From a virus, in IMG/VR virus record IMGVR_UViG_3300042301_003932: a stretch of DNA of 64,000 nt; one strand, 5' to 3'. Positions 57,057 to 64,000 of this stretch are shown here, in pieces. The first letter of the stretch is position 1. Every line of letters starts with the position of its first letter. The position numbers were made by a program, and so were the translations under genes. The notes under the pieces were generated by a model. It was given only the letters and a program-made list of their open reading frames with translations. It had not been told where the DNA came from and searched no databases.

Positions 57057-58139
57057 TTATGTATTATTAATTTTAAAATAACCATATCCATATCTTATTA
57101 AATCACCCAAATTATCAACCTCACCTAATCTTTGTAATCCCTCAACAGCACTGTATTTACCTCTTTCAACAAATACGTCAGATTGTATTTCAGGATCCAT
57201 TACAAAATCTAAAAGTATTTCATCTTTAGTTATTGCGGATACAACTAAATCATTAGCAGTTAAACCTGATGAATTAACCAAGAACAAAGTTTTACCATTA
57301 TTGAAATCAACATAATTAATATCATTAACCGTATATGCTGTGTACGTTGGGTTAATTTCAGTAACATATCCAATCACTCCTTTTATTGGGGTTAATATGT
57401 ATCCAACCGTATATGGGTTAGGTCCCCATCTTCTAAGGAGTGCCAATCTTGAATTAGTATACCCTGAAACCACAAAAGGTACTTGTAAATATGAACTTGA
57501 TATTTGTGAGGGAATATTATTTTCACTATCTCCTGTAAATATGTAATCGTAACTAATTGGTATTCCGGACCAATTTCCTCCTTGTTGTGTGAATGTTATA
57601 TTACCTGGTTCATTATCAACGGTAACACCTGTAAAAGGTAATGTTATTGTTTTTTGTATTTCAGTTATCCCCCAGGGGTTACTCTGAACCATTTTAATTG
57701 TATAATTTTGTGGTGTTGGTGAATACGTGTGATCTAAACTACTTTGATTAACACTCAAATATTGACTAACTAAACCATCTCCCCAATCTACTTTGTAATT
57801 TGACAATTCCAAAAAACTATTATACGTATAACCTGCACTATTATAAAGTCTGACATTATATTGTGAAGTTGGGTTACCTGATATGACAAAGTTTGTGACA
57901 ACATCTAATTGGTTGGATAGTCCGTCAAACGTACTATAATAACCTAAATCATTATATGATTGTGTAAATAAAATAGGTATAGTTAATCCAGTTAATAATG
58001 ATTCTCCATTTGTTCCTCCACTTAAAACTTGAGACAATCCCGAATAAGACCCAAAAGTTATTCCGTTATAAGTAATATTAAATATGTCACGATTTAATAC
58101 TTCAGGTGATATTATTATATTAATTCTTTCTGATTCCAT
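57057..58139 (-). CDS. Putative structural protein with PKD-like motif
   Basis: VDWGDG...HTY. Confidence 0.7.
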   Translation of the reverse strand: MESERINIIISPEVLNRDIFNITYNGITFGSYSGLSQVLSGGTNGESLLTGLTIPILFTQSYNDLGYYSTFDGLSNQLDVVTNFVISGNPTSQYNVRLYNSAGYTYNSFLELSNYKVDWGDGLVSQYLSVNQSSLDHTYSPTPQNYTIKMVQSNPWGITEIQKTITLPFTGVTVDNEPGNITFTQQGGNWSGIPISYDYIFTGDSENNIPSQISSSYLQVPFVVSGYTNSRLALLRRWGPNPYTVGYILTPIKGVIGYVTEINPTYTAYTVNDINYVDFNNGKTLFLVNSSGLTANDLVVSAITKDEILLDFVMDPEIQSDVFVERGKYSAVEGLQRLGEVDNLGDLIRYGYGYFKINNT

Positions 58140-59056
58140 TATGGGTTAACATATTCATACCATTTTATAGGTAAAATACCTGTTCCGACTCTTTGTGCGT
58201 TTTGAAAGTTATTATTGTAAGTGTAAACTTTATATTCGTTTGTGTTATAATCAATAACATATTTGTAATAAAAATATAATGGTTTGTCTAAATTAAACAT
58301 GTTTTGACCAATGAATGTTGACTGTGGTCTATTCATCATTCTAACAAATTGACCTGTTTTTGCATTAAAGAATTTCGCACCAACGTAAAATTCTGTAATG
58401 TTTAAATAATTTTTATCTTTTAACCAATATATATAAAACCCTTCTTTATCTGCCCCTGTGTAGTCCAAAACAAATTTAGGTTTTTTTACTTGTACCGCGG
58501 TTTGGTTTAATGGTGGTCCTATTGTTCCCGGTTCTTTAAGTCCTTGTTGTGTTGGTAAAATAACACTTAATAATAAAGTTTGATTTTCATTTTGTGGTGA
58601 GTCATAAAAATCTAATTTAAAAAAACTTCCTTTGAATGAATTTGCAAAATAATAAATTTCGCTGTCGGTAAATGTTGCGTTTTCATAATCTGTCGCCCAA
58701 TTTGTTGTTGTTGATGCTGTAACCCCAGTTAAATAATCAAAAAAATAAAACTCGTAATTTGTGGAGGTTTTTTGTACATTTGTAATATTAATTGGTAAAT
58801 TAACTACACTTTGTTGTCCTGTATTTGGATTTATTATTACAACTTGTGTTGTTGTTGTTATTACTTCATCGTATTCTGAGTGTGCAAACTTTGTTATTTC
58901 AAAATCAGAGATTGGATTTAATATTTCAGAAATTACTTCATTTTCAAAACTTGCAACACCGTCTTCTCTTCCAAGCATATCAAAATTAATTTCCAAAGGA
59001 ATATCTAAATATTGATCCTGAGCTGTGATTGTTTTTCTAAAATATTTATTATTCAC
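58139..59056 (-). CDS. Putative structural protein
   Basis: SFFKLDFYDS...AKFFNAKTG. Confidence 0.7.
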   Translation of the reverse strand: MNNKYFRKTITAQDQYLDIPLEINFDMLGREDGVASFENEVISEILNPISDFEITKFAHSEYDEVITTTTQVVIINPNTGQQSVVNLPINITNVQKTSTNYEFYFFDYLTGVTASTTTNWATDYENATFTDSEIYYFANSFKGSFFKLDFYDSPQNENQTLLLSVILPTQQGLKEPGTIGPPLNQTAVQVKKPKFVLDYTGADKEGFYIYWLKDKNYLNITEFYVGAKFFNAKTGQFVRMMNRPQSTFIGQNMFNLDKPLYFYYKYVIDYNTNEYKVYTYNNNFQNAQRVGTGILPIKWYEYVNP

Positions 59057-60806
59057 AAGTATCGTTTGTTGGAAGATTTATTTCATTATAAATAAAAGAT
59101 GTATTTCTTTTGGTTGGAAAATGTATAAAATTTATTGTTTTGAACGGATAGTGAGCTCCGTTCATAAAGGGCATATCTAAACCAATACCCTCACTATCAA
59201 CAAATCCATAGTTATATATATCTCTCCAATAAAATTGTCCATTAGTGTTAGAATAATAAGAGTGAAAAGGTACGTTATCTATATCTTCAAGTGCCGCATT
59301 TTCAATATAATCACTAAAGGTTCTTATAGGTATTGAATAATGTGGTTTATAAAGATACCCAGGAGGGTATAACACTGTGTTTGTATAATTTGAAACAGCA
59401 ACGGCAATTGCCTGACCAAAATTAGCAGGTATTGGTTGTGATATATTAAAAACATCAGGATTGTATGAGTACTTATGGTATATTGGTGATAACACGTATT
59501 CTTTTTGTTCAATATCATTGTATTCGCAAAAATCCCCTTTAATAACATCATCAACGTTCAAAAAATTATTATAATAAAAAGTGAATCCGGCCATTTGATA
59601 CGAACTTACTGTTATGTTTTCTTTGTTATCTGTTGATGTATGATTCCACCAGGGGTCTGTTGTATTTTGTAAAAAGTTAAACTCCCACCCTATGTCAATT
59701 GATCTTTGTAAAGATTGTGGTGGTTTATTAAACCATCCCATGTAACCTCTATTCACTATTGTAACAAAAAGTTCGGTAATGGGTTTTCCGTTATTATCTA
59801 ATAAATTAAATGTGTCAATATCTTTATTAACTGTAAACCCATAACTTTGCGTGCCATCTTTAACTGAAATTCTTTGTTGGTTATTTGGTGTCAATGCGGA
59901 ATACTCCAATTTTCTTTTAATAGGAAATGCGTTATTTTCAAAGGCCATTTTTGTTAAAAATGTCTCATTATTTGATGTTAAAATTTTATGTAACCTAACA
60001 TAGTATCTAGAAGTCGTATCTCCAGTATTATTTAAATCTACTATTCTTTTAAAATTTCCATAAGTTCCGTCAATAATATCGTTATCAGGAAACTTTAAAT
60101 TATATATCGCAAAAACCCTAAGTTCAGACCTATATGTGTCATCGCCCAAACTATAAACTTGAAATGTGTCTTTACCGTCTATTGTTATATTTAATTTTAC
60201 GTACTGTCCTACAGTTAAATTATGGTTTGTTGCACAATAAAAATAAACTAAATTTTTTCCATTTTGAGTTTTGTTTTTTATAACAAATGGTATTCCATCC
60301 GCAACATTAAAATTAGCATTTGTTACATTAAAATCTTCATCAACAAATGACATTGTTTGTGCGGTTGTACTACTAAAAGCATATGACACGTATGTCATCC
60401 AATTATATGTTGTTGCACTTTTTGGAACAAAACTAACATGTCCAGGTATTGCGCTATCTCTTATGATTGAAAATTCATCGTATTGTGGATATCCTTTCCA
60501 TACTCCAGTATTAATAGAATTAACAGGATCTAAATAATAAAGATAGTTTTTAAATGGTGTATAATCTGTTTTTCCTGAAGTTACATTATCAAAAATATTT
60601 ACAATTTTACCATTCAATCTAAAAATACTTGAGTTTTGTCTTTCACTATCAAATATTTCTCTAAGGTTTATTAAAGTGGCTCGGTCGCCTTGTACCATTT
60701 CACGTCTTTCACCAATAAGGGGTAATTGTATTTGCACAGGTTGATTAGACGAACCAGCAAAACGCTTGTTACCTAAAACTATTCTTATTTCATCTTGCTT
60801 TCTCAT
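59049..60806 (-). CDS. Putative structural protein
   Basis: 585 aa in tail module; FYWRDIY, PFMNGAHY. Confidence 0.7.
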   Translation of the reverse strand: MRKQDEIRIVLGNKRFAGSSNQPVQIQLPLIGERREMVQGDRATLINLREIFDSERQNSSIFRLNGKIVNIFDNVTSGKTDYTPFKNYLYYLDPVNSINTGVWKGYPQYDEFSIIRDSAIPGHVSFVPKSATTYNWMTYVSYAFSSTTAQTMSFVDEDFNVTNANFNVADGIPFVIKNKTQNGKNLVYFYCATNHNLTVGQYVKLNITIDGKDTFQVYSLGDDTYRSELRVFAIYNLKFPDNDIIDGTYGNFKRIVDLNNTGDTTSRYYVRLHKILTSNNETFLTKMAFENNAFPIKRKLEYSALTPNNQQRISVKDGTQSYGFTVNKDIDTFNLLDNNGKPITELFVTIVNRGYMGWFNKPPQSLQRSIDIGWEFNFLQNTTDPWWNHTSTDNKENITVSSYQMAGFTFYYNNFLNVDDVIKGDFCEYNDIEQKEYVLSPIYHKYSYNPDVFNISQPIPANFGQAIAVAVSNYTNTVLYPPGYLYKPHYSIPIRTFSDYIENAALEDIDNVPFHSYYSNTNGQFYWRDIYNYGFVDSEGIGLDMPFMNGAHYPFKTINFIHFPTKRNTSFIYNEINLPTNDTCE

Positions 60807-60807
60807 T

Positions 60808-63800
60808 CTATTCAGTACCTATAATATACTTAGTTATAAATCTGTTTAATGCGGTTTTTCCTTTACCAAGACCAAAATAAAAATGATATGGTGCACCTAC
60901 AACAAAATTTGGTTTATTTTGATTACTTGGGTTTGACCATACATAATCTCTTTCTCCCAAATTGTTGTAATTAAAAATATACCCAGTACTAGGACCGTTA
61001 GTCGCTTTAAAATAATCGGCACCTGTAAACGACATGTTTTGATAAGGTACAGAATACATTTGATTAGTATTTAATGGAATGTCGGTTAACCAATCATTTT
61101 TTTCGGTTCCAAATATAGTACTTGGGGTTGTAGTTGCCTGACCTTGATCATTTCTTATTTCCCAATTATACATAGGGACTACTTGTGTTTTAGGGTACCC
61201 TACAAGTTGTTGGATGTTCCCAAAAGTGGCGAATCCTGGAGTTAAAGCGACTCTATTTTGTGTGATAGCTGAGAACAACACACCATAAAATATCTCATTA
61301 GGTGTTCCTAAAACTATATCATCATTTCCGTAGAATTGTTCATTAAATGGTATGATTCCATATTCTGAATTAATACTAAACATTTGAGCCACATCACCAT
61401 CAATTCTATCATCTGATCTTGAAAAAAGTTGGTTAATTGATGCGTCACCTCTACTAAGTGCCAACTCCCAAAAACCTGTATTAACTAATCTTGACACTAT
61501 AAATAATAAAAGTAGATCACTTGTATCATTAAACGATGTTGATTGTATTGTTTCTACTAGATAATTTTCTAATTGTGGGTTCAAGCAAATTTCTTTTGCA
61601 AATTGGTCTCTTGGTCCCAAATCCATAATAGTCGTAGGAAAATGTAAATTTCTTTGGTTGACTCCTTTTCCATAAATATTTTTAATGTGGTTTCCATTAT
61701 ATTTTGGTTCTTGACCAATAAAATAACCTATCACGTTTGTTCCGTTTTGTTGTAAAACGTATGGTGTGGATCTATAATAAAAAGTATTTGTTTGATCATC
61801 TAAATAAATTGGTCCTTGATTTTGTCTTCCTGGTACTAAGTCAAAATCTTTTGACCCACAAAAGACGTATTTTTTAGGATTATTTTGTGCATCAAATATA
61901 GTTTTCTTTTTAAACGCATAAGAATATAAAGTACCATTTACCCAATTATTTTGAAATACGTGACTTATCACACCTCTACATGCCCCAAATAATAATCTAA
62001 ATCTTGATTTCCACTCAAAGAAATTATTATAATCTCTTAAAATAGCACCATTATTTAAATATGGTTCTTGAATTAACTTATAACACCCTTTTGTTATTCT
62101 TGTTGGATTTTCATTTTCGGGACATGGTGATTTTACACCAAAATTATCTCCTGATCCGCTATAACAAGGTAATGGAACCATCCCTTCACAACTAAATGTT
62201 GAAAGTACTGATGTTGTTCCTGAAATAGCGTCTTCAGCATAATCATCAGAGTTTCCTGTATAATCAGTTTGTATCCCTCCCAATTGTACAACATCCCCAC
62301 TATCTAAAATTCTATATATTGTAAAATTATCGTTTTGATACAATGCGTAACCATTGTTACCATTTGTTTGTGTTGTGTCAGATGTTGGGAGTCTATCTGA
62401 CCTTATAATTATTCTAGCATTATCAACATTCGTATCAAATGTCATTGTTTTAGATAAGTTAGGTGTTTCTTTAAAATATGCCGGGGCAAAAAGTCTTGGT
62501 TTTCTGTGTCCATTTCCAAAACCATTACTTCCACCATTATTTGCACCACTTGCCGAATTTACATAATTTGTAACAGTTTGTTCATTTAAAAAATCCATAT
62601 CGGCAATATAATCTCCATTATTATTTACAAAATTAATATTAGTGTATAAAAACGACCCCCCTTCAACGTTTCCTTGAAATACCTGTTCGTCTTGATTTTG
62701 TGCGTTCCTAACTTGCATTTTGTATGTTTGTTGCGTCCCATAAAAAGACCAATCAGTTAGTCCGTTATCAATGTATAAACCACCAAAATTATTATTTGCA
62801 ACTACAAGGCAATTACTTAAATCATAATCATCAGTAGAATAAACTTTGTATGGTGTATATAATATTCTTTTTTTGTCTAATGCCGAATAGTATTTTATTG
62901 ATGTTGTAGTAAATGCCGAAAATAAATTTGGGTCGGGTCTAAAATTAAATGGTTTGTGATATAATGTAGACAATCCACTATCAAATGGAAAATCAACTTC
63001 GTGTGATTCAGGTGTTTTGGCATTTATCCACCAATCAGCACCAGGTCCTCCACTATTTGGTTGTATAGGTATGTTTAAATAAAATTTACCTTTTACTGTT
63101 TGTGAGTTATTAGCATATCCGAATAATTTAGACAAATCATATTTAATTACTTGTTTTTCACTAAAAGGGTCCACCCCTCTTACTAAAATTAAAACATTCA
63201 AATTTTCCCATGAATTTCCATTAATTGTTAGTGGATTTATTAATGACTTTACCGTTGGTTCTCCGCCACAACTTTGTCTATAATATATCCAAGTGGTTGC
63301 CCTTGTGAAAAAAGTTCCTATGAAATTAAAAGGATATTGTCCTGATGGTACAGATCCATTAACTAATTGTGCGGCTTTGAGTGCTGTCATTCCGGTAATT
63401 ACTTGAAAGTATTCTAATCCTCCTTTAAATTTATATTCTCTTTGTGTTGTTGATCCAGTTAAATATAAATTTGCAGTCCCTACTGAGGAATCTGATTTAA
63501 TGTATGTTAAAGTAACGGTTGTTGCAGTTTGTGATGTTCCTGTTATTCCTTTACCCCCAAATTGATTTTCTGTAACGCCACTTACGTTATACCCATCTTT
63601 ATTTTTATCGTCAACATTATCAGGGTTGGTAAATGTTAAAAGTGAACCTGAAGGTAAACTATCAATTGTACCAGTATCACACAATAAAACCATAACATTA
63701 TCGGTGAACGGTTGGGAAGTGTACCCATCATTTTCAATTGTTGTTGTTATTATATTTTGGATAGATGGTGTTTGTGTATCAAAATATCTTTGTCTTATAT

Positions 63801-64000
63801 TTGCCAAATTTATTCTTTGTGAGTACGTTATACCGGTTTGAAAGAATATTCTTCCTTGAGGAAAGAATAATCTGTTTATTGGTGTTCCTTGTACTGTTCC
63901 ATTTGGGTAACCAGCTAATGAGTATTTTATTCCGTATGAGTTTAATGTATATTTTTGTCTCTCCAACAACGCACCTCCATTAAATGCTTCTGTCCTCAAA
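60808..64000 (-). CDS. Large putative structural protein, 5' end beyond the window
   Basis: Open frame over 1060 aa to window edge; NNWVNGTLY, PYHFYFGL. Confidence 0.75.
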   Translation of the reverse strand, partial: LRTEAFNGGALLERQKYTLNSYGIKYSLAGYPNGTVQGTPINRLFFPQGRIFFQTGITYSQRINLANIRQRYFDTQTPSIQNIITTTIENDGYTSQPFTDNVMVLLCDTGTIDSLPSGSLLTFTNPDNVDDKNKDGYNVSGVTENQFGGKGITGTSQTATTVTLTYIKSDSSVGTANLYLTGSTTQREYKFKGGLEYFQVITGMTALKAAQLVNGSVPSGQYPFNFIGTFFTRATTWIYYRQSCGGEPTVKSLINPLTINGNSWENLNVLILVRGVDPFSEKQVIKYDLSKLFGYANNSQTVKGKFYLNIPIQPNSGGPGADWWINAKTPESHEVDFPFDSGLSTLYHKPFNFRPDPNLFSAFTTTSIKYYSALDKKRILYTPYKVYSTDDYDLSNCLVVANNNFGGLYIDNGLTDWSFYGTQQTYKMQVRNAQNQDEQVFQGNVEGGSFLYTNINFVNNNGDYIADMDFLNEQTVTNYVNSASGANNGGSNGFGNGHRKPRLFAPAYFKETPNLSKTMTFDTNVDNARIIIRSDRLPTSDTTQTNGNNGYALYQNDNFTIYRILDSGDVVQLGGIQTDYTGNSDDYAEDAISGTTSVLSTFSCEGMVPLPCYSGSGDNFGVKSPCPENENPTRITKGCYKLIQEPYLNNGAILRDYNNFFEWKSRFRLLFGACRGVISHVFQNNWVNGTLYSYAFKKKTIFDAQNNPKKYVFCGSKDFDLVPGRQNQGPIYLDDQTNTFYYRSTPYVLQQNGTNVIGYFIGQEPKYNGNHIKNIYGKGVNQRNLHFPTTIMDLGPRDQFAKEICLNPQLENYLVETIQSTSFNDTSDLLLLFIVSRLVNTGFWELALSRGDASINQLFSRSDDRIDGDVAQMFSINSEYGIIPFNEQFYGNDDIVLGTPNEIFYGVLFSAITQNRVALTPGFATFGNIQQLVGYPKTQVVPMYNWEIRNDQGQATTTPSTIFGTEKNDWLTDIPLNTNQMYSVPYQNMSFTGADYFKATNGPSTGYIFNYNNLGERDYVWSNPSNQNKPNFVVGAPYHFYFGLGKGKTALNRFITKYIIGTE

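Noticed and set aside
326-63983. Numerous short plus-strand ORFs antisense to long minus-strand genes (e.g. 1598-2026, 45248-45490, 49058-49549)
   Set aside because: Antisense shadows of biased-codon or repeat-rich genes
1-64000. Stop-codon reassignment as seen in some large phages
   Set aside because: Long genes are intact in code 11, and TAG and TGA both terminate genes at sensible positions (e.g. 7839, 11542, 37386)
1-64000. Eukaryotic giant virus or cellular origin, suggested by GT60, LRR and DnaJ
   Set aside because: Bacterial sigma-70, DnaG primase, S74 tail fibre, Bacteroidota promoters and operonic overlaps indicate a bacteriophage

Overview
AT-rich, densely coding segment of a very large (jumbo) dsDNA tailed phage, almost all genes on the minus strand, standard genetic code. 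A Bacteroidota (Flavobacteria-like) host is inferred from recurrent TAnnTTTG promoters, absence of Shine-Dalgarno motifs, a Bacteroidota-type sigma-70, an Hc1-like protein and SprB-type repeats. 1-28 kb is accessory: small proteins sharing an N-terminal 'RLTESDL..IVRRVIxE' leader, tRNA-Arg(UCU), an anticodon-less tRNA-like element, a ~820-nt GOLLD-like structured RNA with its own promoter, boxA-like element and terminator, a DHH phosphoesterase, DNA methyltransferases, a degenerate MetK-like protein, glutaredoxin, DnaJ and a degenerate amidase beside membrane proteins. 28-39 kb is transcription/replication/recombination (sigma factor, SbcC/SbcD-like pair, Dam, PD-(D/E)xK nuclease, primase, RuvC). 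39-64 kb is a tail/baseplate/fibre module with three glycosyltransferase-like genes (GT60-like, HtrL-like, DUF6734-like) interleaved among Cys-rich proteins carrying mucin-like (Pro-Thr)n tracts, the best candidate for an undescribed system (phage-encoded mucin-type O-glycosylation of the virion). All family assignments are by motif recognition by eye; no searches were run.
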